Both the position numbers and the translations under genes were made by a program. From Cyanophora paradoxa CCMP329 (taxonomy: Eukaryota > Plantae > Glaucophyta): DNA of 64,000 nucleotides. Shown piece after piece: positions 36,201 through 47,710 of this stretch (position 1 is the stretch's first letter; each line of letters begins with the position of its first letter). Location of the stretch: positions 1 to 64,000 of the forward strand of contig QPMI01000406.1 of NCBI GenBank assembly GCA_004431415.1. Reading direction: 5' to 3'. Under the pieces are notes generated by a model. That model saw only the letters and a program-made list of their open reading frames with translations, ran no database searches and was not told the origin of the DNA.

Positions 36201-38812
36201 TGAGCCAAGACTGGCCATCATTATCACTGCGGCAGGCAGCGCTAGCTGCAGCAGCAGCAGCGGCATGGAACGGACCTCCACCTCTAGATCTTCTTCTAGA
36301 TCTAGATATTCGTCGCAGTCTGCCTCTTCGTCACGGTTGACATGTTCCTCATCGTATACGTGATCATCTGATCCACCGAACAGCGCTTCGGCATTTTTAA
36401 TCTCCCGCATTTCATCCCGCCTTTCATCCAGCCTGCAGTACACATAGAGTCAGAGCGCGCACGCAGCCTGCAGCGCGATCAAGTCGGCTGGCCAGTTTCT
36501 CGAGAAGTGCCTCGGCGGAAGAGATCGCAGGTGGCACTTCGGCATACCTCCGCGAATTCATGCATAGTTCTGCCTCAGCGCTAGCATGTCATGATAAAAC
36601 CAAAAGTGCGCGGAGGATTAAGATAGATCCGAGGCGCACCGATCTTGGTCGCGTAGGCGCAAAAAGACTGGGTCGAGGGCGGCAGGCGCTGCACCCGTGT
36701 GCAGGGTATTCGCAGATCAGAGGAAAATAGATCTGGAGGCCGCGCCGGGGCGTGCGCAGGATTTGACGAGCCGCACTGCAATGCGGGAGTCCAGGACTCT
36801 AATCGCTCGTGCCGGGGGAAGCAAACGAAATTTATTGGCGCGATCCTGGTGCAGGCATTAGCATCCCTGTCGCCATGCATATATAGCCAGCTGAGGGCAT
36901 CAGCTGCAGAAAAAAGAGCACATTCTCGCGCTTCATAAGCTGGAGCTTTGCTTGGTCGCGCAACAGCTCTATGCGCATGCTGCGATTTCGACTTTATGAT
37001 CAGCGGGAGGCCTAGGCGCGCGACTGGGGTACTTCACAAACGACGCTGACATGGCCTTCAGCTTGCTGTCGGTTTCCTGGGCCGTGGGGGAGGTCGAGCC
37101 GGGTCGGGCATCTTGCAGGATCCGCTCGGCCTCGGAGATGAGTTCGAGTGCCGCGTCCGTTTTGTGCACTATTAGGAGACACACTGGAAAGACGTCAGCC
37201 GTGCACGGGCCATGGCCAGGGCTATAGCTATACACTAGCCTTCGGAGGGACGCACCAGTCATCTTGTCAAAGATTGCGGGCAAGCATCCTGGCATGCGCT
37301 GCACAGCCATGCGTTAAGCTAATTCTCGTTGAGATCTAGAAATCTAGATCTAGAGACGTCTAGAGAGGAAATCTTCACAGCTCACGTCCAATAACCGGTC
37401 GTAAATCTCGAGCGCCGCATTCCAGCGGCACTGCGAGCGGAAACAATCCGCCTCTATCTGCACATGCAGGGCGCGATTGGCTGGAGGCCGGCGCGTGCTG
37501 CAAGGCCGCACAAGCGCCGCGGCTGCGACCGCACCGTAGCTCGCATAAACTGCTGAATCGCTTCCCCAAGTTCGTCACGGGCTATGGCGGCCTGCAAGGG
37601 CGTGAGTCATATTCAAATATAAAGAAAGAGGGGGTGGGGCCGGGGATAGGGGGTGGAGTAGGGGTGGAGGGTGGGTGGGTGGGGGGGGGGGGGGGGGGGG
37701 GAGGGGGGAGAGGGGGGGGGGGGGCGGGGGGGGGAGGGGGTGGGGGCGGTGGCATGCATGCGCACCCTTTTGTACAGCACCTTTTCCTCTCGCCTAAGCA
37801 TGATCATGAGCGCCGCTCCTTCAGGCGCGCCACTCCGAGCGGCCTGGCCATGGACAAGCATAAGTTAACGTTCAGATTCGAACGAAAGTTGAAGGGGGCT
37901 GCCTGTACCTGGCGCGCCCTCTCGTGCAACACCCTTTCCCGCAGCTGTGCTATCGAAACCGCTCGGCTGATCGCACCGGTTCCTCTCGACCGCGAGCTTG
38001 CGACTGGCGTCAGCTTCCGCCGCAATTCCTGCGCCGACGTCGCCGCATGCGCAGCTCATGATCAGCATGTAGCTCATGATCAGCTCAGCAGCGAGCCCAG
38101 CACTAGTACATATATATACGCAATATAAAAAAATTAATATTTATACGACCGGCATGCACGTTGAACATCTCGACCGCCGCGCTAACTTGGCCTTGCATGT
38201 AGATTGCAAAAGCGAGTCGCGCGGAGAGCTCCAGTTGGCGGAGCTCGAGGTCCTCCGGATCTGGATCTGGATCGTGATCATGAGCTAAATCCAAGAGGCT
38301 TTCCGAGCCCAAGACCCGCAGCGCCTCCTGCGCAGGGACGTCGACGGACATCGATATCGCGTATATAAATCGGCGGCCGGCGCGGCGGCCGCGGGGGATA
38401 GCGCTGCCGCGACGCCGACACGAGCAGATCTAGACGCCGACCGCGCACCCGAAATGCTGTCTCCGCGCCAGCCCCGTCCTTCAACTGCAGCCGAATCTCG
38501 CCGAGGAGCCGGCCGTACTCGATCTGCTCCTCGATCGGCCAGCGGGAGGCGGCCCAGGCCGCGCCAAGCAGCCGCACGGCGAGCTGCGCGCGCGCGCATG
38601 CAAGATCATCATGCATATGATCAGCCGCGGCCGCACGGCAAGCTGCGAGCCCGCGCCGCGCGCGATGCACGACTCGCCTCGGCGTGCGTGGCGGCGTTCT
38701 TGAGGTCTCCGATGCGGCGCGCATCTTCCGCTTGACGCGCGTGCGCCGCCGCCTTTCTGAGCGCCTGAAAGTGGAAGATCTTCCAGATGACGCGTGAGAT
38801 GAGCGCGCCCAT
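33206..38812 (-). CDS. Multi-exon protein with TPR-like helical N-terminus, a U1/jazz-type C2H2 zinc finger and C-terminal RING-like finger(s); putative E3 ligase (limits approximate)
   Basis: CDVCNKTFNGTAQMNQ|HLASDAHKKR at ~34890-35025; CCICHEKLASIRLGPCG at ~34090-34145; CWRC...VRFEPCG..HLTTCLRC...CPAPGC at ~33270-33560; helical exons such as YGRLLGEIRLQLKDGAGAETAFR near 38.5 kb. Confidence 0.5.
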
Positions 38813-39090
38813 CAGGCGATCGGCCCGTCTGCCGCGCGCGCGAGTGCGTATACGAAAGCTAGTACTGGTGCTCGCGATCGTTGCGGCCGCCTGCTTGCAA
38901 TCACGTCGCGCTGTTAGTTACCGTCCGCTGAGCTCGCGCCGGGCGCCGCCGGCTGCTAAGGGACACAGGGGCTCAGCTGCAGCGCGGCAAGAAAGGGGTA
39001 CGTAATATACACAGCACTAGCGAAGCCTCGCTTCTCCGAATCAGGGATCAGCTGCAGAATGCGCCTGCAGGCCTTGGTGGTCAGCTCATT

Positions 39091-40386
39091 ATGCATGTGG
39101 ATCACGTGCCCGAAGAGGAGCCAGCCGGCCGCGGTGCGCTTGCGGCCTCGTCTGGCCACCGTGCGCTTATGGCATCGCTTGGAGTCCGACGGCCCAACCC
39201 TGATCATTACGTGCGCTCGCAGATGGCGTAGAAGAGCCCGCTAGTCTCCAGGAGCTCCCGGACGACGTGTTTCACCTCATCCTCGCGCATCTTTCGGCCC
39301 TCATCCACCTCGCCGCCGCCGGAGTCTGCCGGAGATGGCGGGCGGCTGCATTCTCTGCTCCGCTCACAACGGAGCTGACGATCTGGTGCGCTCGAAGTCG
39401 TACGCGCGCGTTCGCCTGCAGGCGCAGCTGCGCGCCTGACATCAATCGCTCGCGCTCTCGCTCGCAGGGTCACGTGCCCCGCGGCTGAACAAGCAGAAGC
39501 AGCGGGCCCCGAGCGCGGCCCAGAGAGCACTCGGCACATCCGCCCGCGGCCAGCTGCAGCTGCAGCGCCAGCGGCATGCGCAGCGGGCGCGGCCGCGGCG
39601 GCTACAGCCGCAGCGGCAGCGAGCTACGAGGAGAGACCGCTGCCTCCTTCGGCCGCCGCGGCGGCCCTGCGGCACCCGCTTTGCGCGCGCGTCGAGCGGC
39701 TCCGCCTCGCCGTCGAGTTCGCCGGCGGGGAGGCCTCCGACTACGGCGGCTTGAACGGCGTCGCCGCGGCGTGCCCGGCGTCCCTGCGGCGCATGGACGT
39801 GCAGGTCCCCTACGAGCACCACGCGGCGGACCTCTGGCGCGCCCTGGCGCTGCCCGCGGGGCTCCGCGAGCTCGCCTTCTTCCGCGGCGAGGGCCCCTGC
39901 TTCCCTTGTGCGCCGAGGCCGGCCACCCTTCGGATTCGGGAGGCGGCGCAGGTGCGCTCAAGCTAAAGCTTTCTCCCGCCTTGCTCTTTCCTTCTGACGC
40001 GAGCGCCGCGCCACCGCAGCTCCCGCAGCACGGCCACGCCTCTCTCGAGTACCTCTTCTCGACCCTTCACTTCGGCGAGTCGGCCTTCGCCGCCGCCAGC
40101 TGCGACCGGCTGCGGGGGCTGTACCCCTCCCTCCGGGGCGTCTTCGGGGCGGGCGGCATCGAGGCCGTTCGGGCCTTCGCAGGCGCCGGGCTCCTCTGCA
40201 GGAGCGTGTCGATCTGCAGCTTCGGCTCCCTAAAGGACTCTGACCCGGCGAGCATCGCGCGCTGCCTAAGGCCCCGCGAGCTGCCGGTGGCCGCCGCCGA
40301 CGGCCCGGCCTCCCTCCTGATAACGTGCCTTCATCCCCTCCCGCGCTCTTGGTCCGGCCTCCGCTTGCCCGGCATTGAAGAGTGCG

Positions 40387-40423
<37 letters not shown>

Positions 40424-41140
40424 CGGCCCTCGCACCCCCTCGAGCTCGCTCGATCCTCAGACCTCTTTGCAGCCTCGAAGTGCGCTTCGCGGATTTGAAC
40501 GGGGACCTGCTGACTTGGCTCTGGGGTACGCTGCCTTCCGCGCATCCGGTCCCAGGGTACGCGGACATCGACCGTGTTTCGCAGCTGGGGAGCATGCGCA
40601 AGCAGGCTTCCTCCGGTGCCTCGCCGTCATGTGCCACCCCGGCCCCGGGATCGAACTGGGTATGCAATTGAATCGCGCCCCCCTCACCCCCGCTCCCCCC
40701 CCCCCACCCCCCCTCCCCGGCACCCCGGCCACCCCCGCCGCCAACCCAGCCCCCGCGCAGACGCGCTGGTACCCGTCCTCGAGCGCCTCCCGCCCTCCGT
40801 TCGCGTGGAGGTGATGGTGCTGGACTCGTGGTCCCTTCCCGGCATCGATTCCCTCCTCCGGGCCCTCCTTGACTCGCCCCCCCTCCTCGCCCGGGTACGG
40901 GTCCACTTCGACCCGGGCCACCCTGCCTTCGCCTCACCCTCCCCCGTGTTCGCCGCTTTTGCTGAGGCCCACGGGGGGTTCGAGGCCTTAGAATGGGACC
41001 AGCCCGCGCGCTCATTGAGAAACGTTAACATTAATATTTGACACTTCTCCTTTGATTTCGATTTCTGATTTTCTTCAGGCTCGTAGCTTATGATCACCGT
41101 CACTGCGGCGTTTCCGGCCTTCTCTTTCTTCAAGATAGCT
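39091..41140 (+). CDS. F-box domain protein, multi-exon (ends approximate)
   Basis: SLQELPDDVFHLILAHLSALIHLAAAGVCRRWRAAAFS at ~39240-39360 is a canonical F-box; downstream Leu-rich exons separated by short introns. Confidence 0.7.
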
Positions 41141-41347
41141 AGCTATATATGCTGCTATACCTGTAGCTGTGCAGGCCGCAGTTTCAAGACACCCACGATA
41201 TGGCCCAACTCAGCTCTTTCTCTTCTTATTTTCGTTCAGCTAAATTTGCGCCGTCTGCCCTGACAAAGATTTGCTTTGATTTGCCCCGCCGATTATCTTG
41301 CCTTTAACTAAATCTCCGTTTCCTGCTCGTGCGATATATATATATAG

Positions 41348-41880
41348 CTATGTAGTCTGGGAGTTCGAATTCGGTAATTGCATTATAATAATTGGCTTCG
41401 TACACACTAATGAATTCGTGGGATTGATTGTATACGTAGGCGTTACGAGCAGGCGTCGGCGGCGAGAGCGGCCTCGTCCGCCTCCAGCGCCAGCGCCTCG
41501 AGCGATTCCGCTGCCTCCAGCGCCTGCCGCAGCGCGGGGCGCTAGAATCAGCTGCAGGCCAGGATGCACTGCTGCAGGGCGGGGGCGCGGCCGCGGGCCG
41601 GGGCTTGCCTCGTCGTCGACGGCGGCTGCCTCGTCCTCGTCCACAGAAGCAACTGCGCAAACAGACACGTGCAGCTTAGACTTCCGAGATACTGAGACCA
41701 TGCGGTCGAACAATTCGCGGTTTTTCACGAATCCGAATTACCATCGCTGTCGACACGTAGCGCTTCTTCGTAAATGGTGATTTCCGAGAAGGTCGTTTTG
41801 TTGTTCAGGACGTTGTTCGGGTTGTACCCGTTCGGGTTGTCGAACAGGAACTTGTCGAAAGAGTAGAGCTCGCTGGGTGG
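41348..41880 (-). pseudogene. 5'-truncated coding fragment of unknown function, apparently interrupted by the viral insertion
   Basis: GC3-biased frame PPSELYSFDKFLFDNPNGYNPNNVLNNKTTFSEITIYEEALRVDSDG, then a frameshift into VKNRELFDRMVSVSRK. It has no start codon and meets an in-frame TGA at 41881-41883, where composition changes. Confidence 0.45.
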
Positions 41881-42268
41881 TCACCCCCACCAATTGCGCG
41901 ACCTTCCCGCGACCATTTTCAATAAGCACATTTTCAGCATCACGAATCTCAGTCACAAAATCACAAATTCGCACTGAGCCACATTGTATTTTTCAAACAT
42001 CTAACTCCTCCTTACTGAAACCAATCACAAAAACCTACATATAATCTTCTCTCTAATCCCTTACCATTTTCAGTAAGCCTTTATTCCGCCTTCCGATCTC
42101 TCAGTAAGGACAGTAAGACCCTATTTTTTGCGTAATGTTCCTGATCCTTGTCGAACTGTTTTCAGTAGTCCAATTTGAAAAATCAAGGTGAGCCCCACCG
42201 ATAGGTTAAATTAACTTATATAGTGCGTATATCCCCACTTAAAGATTTCCCACTATACAAGTATAAAG

Positions 42269-42592
42269 ATGCCGGGTAATCAGCTCCCCTTACCTAAAAG
42301 TAAACTGTGCAATGTGTGCAAAGAGGTCAAGCCTGCATCGTGGTTCCCTTTGCGCAAGTGCAAGTCGGGAAATATAACATTATATTGGAGATGCATAGAG
42401 TGCCACCGTGACTATCAAAATGATCACTATCACAATGTCTTAAAAACGCGTCCGAAAATCGAAGTACAATCGAAGATATGCCCGGATTGCAAGATTGAGA
42501 AGCCTGCAAGCGAGTATAATAAAAAGCAAAGTACGAAGGATGGTCTCTACTATAAATGCCGACAGTGTTATAGTGAGACTCGGACGAGCTAA
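42269..42592 (+). CDS. Small viral protein with two Zn-binding K.C..C...KP...F...C..C modules (type usually N-terminal to HNH/endonuclease VII), no nuclease domain
   Basis: KLCNVCKEVKPASWF...WRCIEC and KICPDCKIEKPASEY...DGLYYKCRQC. Confidence 0.75.
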   Translation: MPGNQLPLPKSKLCNVCKEVKPASWFPLRKCKSGNITLYWRCIECHRDYQNDHYHNVLKTRPKIEVQSKICPDCKIEKPASEYNKKQSTKDGLYYKCRQCYSETRTS

Positions 42593-42814
42593 TTTATGAT
42601 TTTAAAATGAGATTTATATTTTTTAAAGCAAGTTTGTGCATGAGCAAGCATGCCGAAAATGCCCACCTGCACAAACTTGCGAGATCAAGGTAAGCCCCAT
42701 CGACAAAGTACGACGATAGACCACGTTAAAATACACTCGCGCCCCGCCCACTATGCAAGATACATGCCTTTCTTATGCATGATCTATGAAAAATAACAAT
42801 AAACCCGTCTCTCT

Positions 42815-43078
42815 TTACATAGGAGCACTCACAGTAATTTCGCTTGCCTTTCGAACAGTCCCCCGATTAAATGCTTGCTCTACAATCGCTTCCTTTGTGA
42901 GTGGAATCGGAATTCCAGCGGCAATACACGATTTAACTTCTTTGTCCACAATCTCATCAATCGCGATTCTTGCCCTATTATGAGCCGCATTATCGATCCA
43001 ATCCTGAACAGAGTAGGCACAGTATTCCATTCCAAGTTTCTCGGTTTCAGTTAAAACAACTTGATAGTTGTGCGACAT
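42815..43078 (-). CDS. 87-aa protein resembling small proteins encoded after C1q-tipped phage tail fibres; putative fibre chaperone
   Basis: LTETEKLGMEYCAYSVQDWIDNAAHNRARIAIDEIV motif recalled from aquatic phage hypotheticals; lies 7 bp downstream of the C1q gene. Confidence 0.6.
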   Translation of the reverse strand: MSHNYQVVLTETEKLGMEYCAYSVQDWIDNAAHNRARIAIDEIVDKEVKSCIAAGIPIPLTKEAIVEQAFNRGTVRKASEITVSAPM

Positions 43079-43085
43079 TCTTTAT

Positions 43086-44081
43086 TTAGATTGTAGAAAT
43101 TAATTCACCACTCCATTGACAATTCGAAGCATTAAGTCCTCCATAAACAAGATAAAGTTTAGCTGTATCACCAGCAGACATTACTACTGAAATGTTTAAA
43201 CAGAGGGGTCTAATAGAAACCACATTTAATGCCGATGCAACTGCAATACAAAATTTACCATTTGGGGCTGCATTATTTATTCGTAGATGAACAAGCGAAA
43301 GTAAATTATCTTCTTTTGTCGCGCCTGTAAAAATGAAATTGTAGTGACCAGATACAGGAGCTGTGAAAACACCATTCGAAGTATCAATATGATTTCCATT
43401 GTTTAACCATACCTCTCCATACGAGGTTATATATATTCCTGAGGTAGTTGATAGGGTTGTGGAGATTCCAACACAAAACCGTGGATGGTTAGGAGTAGCA
43501 AGGTAAGAATCCGTTCCATTGATAGAAAGACCTTTCCAGTTGTAAGTTCCAGCGACTGCATTCGCTGTTGAATTGGTGGAAGTTTTCACAAATGTAGAAG
43601 CGATATTCTCATTATTTCGCTTGATTACTAATTCTGTATTGCCCCCAGAATCAATAGTAGTCGTTTTAACTGTCCCAAAAGATCCAGCTGTAAGACTTCC
43701 AGTTATTGTCGCACTCCCATTCACCCCCAAGCCAGTCCCGATCCAGGCACCACCACTAACTACTTGAAAAGCCGCTGATTTCCTATCAGCCGGATTAAAA
43801 GCTGTTTTATAATCCGCTTGACCTTCATATAGATTATCTTTGGTGATTAGATCCCCTGTTTTTGCGGGTCGATTCGATACGATCAGTTCAGTAGCTTTGA
43901 CGATTCCACCAGCCTTGTCGGCTCTGAGTTCTTTGACTCTGAGTATGGAGGTCTCATTGAAAGAATCGGTTTTCGCTGTCTCAGTCGAAGGGAATGACTC
44001 GCTTAGATCATATACAGTGTGTTGCACGTTGTGGACAGCACTGGCTGATAAGGAAAACACAGGGGTAAACACAGTCGACAT
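43086..44081 (-). CDS. Viral fibre/receptor-binding protein with C-terminal C1q domain
   Basis: HPRF...NNGNHIDTSNGVFTAPVSGHYNF...MSAGDT...WSGELI; upstream beta-fibre-like QVVSGGAWIGTGLGVNGSATITGSLT. Confidence 0.8.
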   Translation of the reverse strand: MSTVFTPVFSLSASAVHNVQHTVYDLSESFPSTETAKTDSFNETSILRVKELRADKAGGIVKATELIVSNRPAKTGDLITKDNLYEGQADYKTAFNPADRKSAAFQVVSGGAWIGTGLGVNGSATITGSLTAGSFGTVKTTTIDSGGNTELVIKRNNENIASTFVKTSTNSTANAVAGTYNWKGLSINGTDSYLATPNHPRFCVGISTTLSTTSGIYITSYGEVWLNNGNHIDTSNGVFTAPVSGHYNFIFTGATKEDNLLSLVHLRINNAAPNGKFCIAVASALNVVSIRPLCLNISVVMSAGDTAKLYLVYGGLNASNCQWSGELISTI

Positions 44082-44136
44082 CTTTTGATTATTCTTTATT
44101 ATTACGTGAGAATATTATTATTATTACGTGAGAATA

Positions 44137-47100
44137 TTATGCTACCATCTTCCCTGTTGCTATATAACTCATTTGATAGTGGAAAAGTCCAATGCTTTCA
44201 TTGTATTCTCTATTTGCCGAAATTGTTGCATGAATAGTAAATGTTGTTGTTGTGGAACTTGTGACACCATATACCAATACATATGAACCACCATTATATC
44301 CTTGTATCAGATTGAGAACCACTTCTGGGGCTTCCGCAAATGCTTTCGGGAATGTGACAACCTGTGGAAATCCCCAATGACCCGGACCTGTGATTGTCAA
44401 AGATTTTGAGAATTTCCCTGTTTGTATATACTGGTCTTTATTGACACGCTGTTCTGAAACAAGTTTTGCGATCTTTGTATTATCTGTTTCATCCATTGCA
44501 TAATATGCTCTTGCGTAAGCATTTCCCCGACATAATAACGTTTTATCGTATATATTTGCGGAATTGTGGAAAAACCATTGTTCTAAATAAAGTGGCGCAT
44601 TCGGTTGGTAAATTTGACCGGATCCCACATACATGGTGTTATTGGCTGTAATTGTATTCGCTACAAATGGGTCTAAGGTTGGGAAATCCGTGATTTCCGA
44701 TTTTGTGTGAGTATGGGCGAAGTCTGTTATATTTGCCTTTGTGTGACTATGTGCGAAATCTGTGATATCTGCTTTGCTGTGTGAGTGAGGACCGACAGAT
44801 GTTGAAGCTGTTGGTTTTCCGAAGATATTATCCCAATGACAGTAACCACTGTGTGAAGTTACAGCAGGGTTTTTGCTCCATCCAACAGTAATTGGACCGG
44901 GTAAATAAATTCTTCCTTTCTGTCCATGAACACCAACTTTGGTTAGTCCTTCACAATTTATTCCAACAAACTGTTTAAAATCTCTTTTAGGATTAATTGC
45001 AGGAGCATAGGCATTTACTCGTAAACGAATATAAGTATTGTTTGATGGTTCAATTCCAACAACATTAAAGTATCTACTGTCATACTGACACGTATAATAG
45101 ATATAACATGATTTCATGTCTGTTGGAACAGTCCAATACATCTTACAGCTACTACAATCATCATCACCATCAATCCATGTGTTTGCCCAAGTGCTTGTGT
45201 CACCTACAAGTGGTTGCCCAACATAATCTCTCCAATCTCCTGTGCGGTCTGTGGAAATACCACTTGTAGCGTCAAAATCAGTTGGTGAAGTGTATGTTGG
45301 TGTATTTATCAGATCATCATAGTTTCCAGTTGTTGCCACAGTCGCAAATGTCGGGAAGTCTGTAATTTGAGACTTTGTGTGGGTATGGGCAAAATCTGTT
45401 ATTTCTGACTTTGTGTGAGTGTGTGAAAAATCTGTAATCTCTGACTTTGTGTGAGTGTGTGGATCAGGTGGGAAGGTTAATGGTCGAACATTGTGAACAT
45501 TGGGTAATTCAATGCGACTAATTGGAGTGTTTGGATCTAATACATATTCAGCACCAAGGTGGACAACAGGAAATGTTTGATCATTCGGAGTAGTAACAAA
45601 GAAATTAGAAGCATGCACATCACCTGCAATTGTTCCACCTGTTAGTGGTAAATAATCATGATCGTGTGAATCAGGTGGATAGGTCGATGGGGGATTGACA
45701 ATATGCTCCCAAAAATGCTTGTGAACATTGGGTAATTCAAGACGACTAAATGGGGTGTTTGGATCTAAAACATATTCAGCACCAAGGTGGACAACAGGAA
45801 ATGTTTGATCATTCGGAGTGTCCACAAAGAAATTTGGAGCATGCACATCACCTGTAAGAGTCCCACCTGTAAGGGGTAAATAATCCCCAAGAGCCGACGT
45901 TAATTCGGTATCTGTTACATAATCTTCAAGAATTGCTGCAAGTTCTGTATCATCTACATAGTTTTTGCTTTCGAGGTAATCATCTGTAACAACACCGGAA
46001 AGGGTGGTATTGTGTAAGTTTTTAGCTGCCATTCTCTGATTGACTTCTAAGGCGCCACCTGTTGTCGTTTTTATCCATGCAATCTCGCATTTTCCGTGAT
46101 CATCTGTGGGTTGTCCCACAACAGGAAGATAGTTTACAACTTTCTCCCTTGTGAAAACTATCTTAGGTCTTGCTCCATCATATGCACTTTGATCTGTTAC
46201 ATTTACTTGTATTGCTGCTGAAAAATCCGCTTCTTGTCCTATTTCTCCTGGGTGATAATTCGTAACATAGATACTGGGGAAAGTATCATTTACTCCTACA
46301 TTGAAATCGCCACTATAAACTCCATTTACGATTGGATCCCGTGGTAATCTTACAGCAAGAGTTCCCACCATCGGTGTGCCTGTTTCACCTGTGAATGTCC
46401 CATTGAGATTTACGTAATGATCATTCAAAAACAGCCTTTCAGGTGTATTAATCGATTGGTAAAGTGTGACGCCATTAAAAACGTTTCCGATTGCATTCAA
46501 TTGCGCAAAAACTGGCTGCTCATCTATTTCCTCCCATGGGTGCCTGTGGTTACTATTGGTAATCTCTGAATAATCATGAGTGTGTTTTCCCGGTGGGAAG
46601 GTCGATGGGGGATTTGTGATATCTTCCCATAAATGCTTATGGGCGAAATCTGTTATTTGATCTTTTGTGTGTGTGTGGTCGAAATCTGTAATATCTGCTT
46701 TTGTGTGTTTTTGCTTTGCTAACCAATCTAAAACAACATTCGATGTCGGGTGATTTGGTAGGTTTGCTTCAATCTTCACAGTGAGATAATCGACTATTAC
46801 ATTACTTCCATTAATATTACTTGCCCATAGGTTACTGCTGTAAATGTTACTGGCATAAATGTTACTGGCATAAATGTTACTTGTAACTGTAAGGTTTGAT
46901 GAAATTGTAAGATTAGATGAGATAACACCACCTTTGAGAGACAAGTAATCATGAGTGTGTGGATCAGGTGGGAAGGTTAATGGTCGATTGGTGATATGCT
47001 CCCACAAATGCTCGTGAGAACTGGGTGGAAACGTTAAAGGAACATCTGTGAGTTCTTTGTAGCTCACCTTCTGCTTTGGTATGGTGAGTTCAATTGGTGA

Positions 47101-47673
47101 GAAATCACCCGAAAGGCGATTTTCAGAGGTGAAATACATGAGATTATGGCTGTTAGGTAAATCGCGATCGAGTCTGCAAATCGGGGTGTTGTCGCCTAAT
47201 ATAAATTCGGCGCCTGTATGCACGACCGGATTTCTTTGGATATACATATTGGATGCACCTATTACAGGTGCTACAATGGGCACATCTGAACATACAAGGT
47301 TGCAAGTGATGGAGAAAATGGTTTTAGGGGCGAATAGATTGCAATCAAAGGTCACAGTAGCTGGATCAATAGTAGGATCGACGTTTGAACAGATCTGAAA
47401 CATCCACCCACCCACACAGTTGCAATTAAGATTTCGAAAGACTGTTCCCGCCATTGCATCCACATAGCCAATCCCATTTGCTATGTCATATATGTGACCA
47501 AACTCGTAACCAAAAATGTCATTCCACAGGTTGGAAGCCATAGCTCCCATCACATACCCTTTTAGATCTACTATCAGGTCATTGGATTCACTGGGTATAT
47601 TGGCATGGGTTATATAAAAATTATTATCCAATACCGCATTCTTTATTGTCGTTTCTACTATGGGTTCAGTCAT
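44137..47673 (-). CDS. 1178-aa viral fibre protein with phage-tail repeats and C-terminal gp53-like/H-type-lectin-like head
   Basis: Many H(T/S)HTK..ITDF repeats, YLPLTGGT(L/I) twice, FATVATTGNYDDL, SNIYA repeats, C-terminal IQTG...VTFPKAFAEAPEVV...YIATG. Confidence 0.85.
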   Translation of the reverse strand: MTEPIVETTIKNAVLDNNFYITHANIPSESNDLIVDLKGYVMGAMASNLWNDIFGYEFGHIYDIANGIGYVDAMAGTVFRNLNCNCVGGWMFQICSNVDPTIDPATVTFDCNLFAPKTIFSITCNLVCSDVPIVAPVIGASNMYIQRNPVVHTGAEFILGDNTPICRLDRDLPNSHNLMYFTSENRLSGDFSPIELTIPKQKVSYKELTDVPLTFPPSSHEHLWEHITNRPLTFPPDPHTHDYLSLKGGVISSNLTISSNLTVTSNIYASNIYASNIYSSNLWASNINGSNVIVDYLTVKIEANLPNHPTSNVVLDWLAKQKHTKADITDFDHTHTKDQITDFAHKHLWEDITNPPSTFPPGKHTHDYSEITNSNHRHPWEEIDEQPVFAQLNAIGNVFNGVTLYQSINTPERLFLNDHYVNLNGTFTGETGTPMVGTLAVRLPRDPIVNGVYSGDFNVGVNDTFPSIYVTNYHPGEIGQEADFSAAIQVNVTDQSAYDGARPKIVFTREKVVNYLPVVGQPTDDHGKCEIAWIKTTTGGALEVNQRMAAKNLHNTTLSGVVTDDYLESKNYVDDTELAAILEDYVTDTELTSALGDYLPLTGGTLTGDVHAPNFFVDTPNDQTFPVVHLGAEYVLDPNTPFSRLELPNVHKHFWEHIVNPPSTYPPDSHDHDYLPLTGGTIAGDVHASNFFVTTPNDQTFPVVHLGAEYVLDPNTPISRIELPNVHNVRPLTFPPDPHTHTKSEITDFSHTHTKSEITDFAHTHTKSQITDFPTFATVATTGNYDDLINTPTYTSPTDFDATSGISTDRTGDWRDYVGQPLVGDTSTWANTWIDGDDDCSSCKMYWTVPTDMKSCYIYYTCQYDSRYFNVVGIEPSNNTYIRLRVNAYAPAINPKRDFKQFVGINCEGLTKVGVHGQKGRIYLPGPITVGWSKNPAVTSHSGYCHWDNIFGKPTASTSVGPHSHSKADITDFAHSHTKANITDFAHTHTKSEITDFPTLDPFVANTITANNTMYVGSGQIYQPNAPLYLEQWFFHNSANIYDKTLLCRGNAYARAYYAMDETDNTKIAKLVSEQRVNKDQYIQTGKFSKSLTITGPGHWGFPQVVTFPKAFAEAPEVVLNLIQGYNGGSYVLVYGVTSSTTTTFTIHATISANREYNESIGLFHYQMSYIATGKMVA

Positions 47674-47710
47674 TATACTCTATTATGGAATACTACAAAA
47701 ATTAAGGTTG

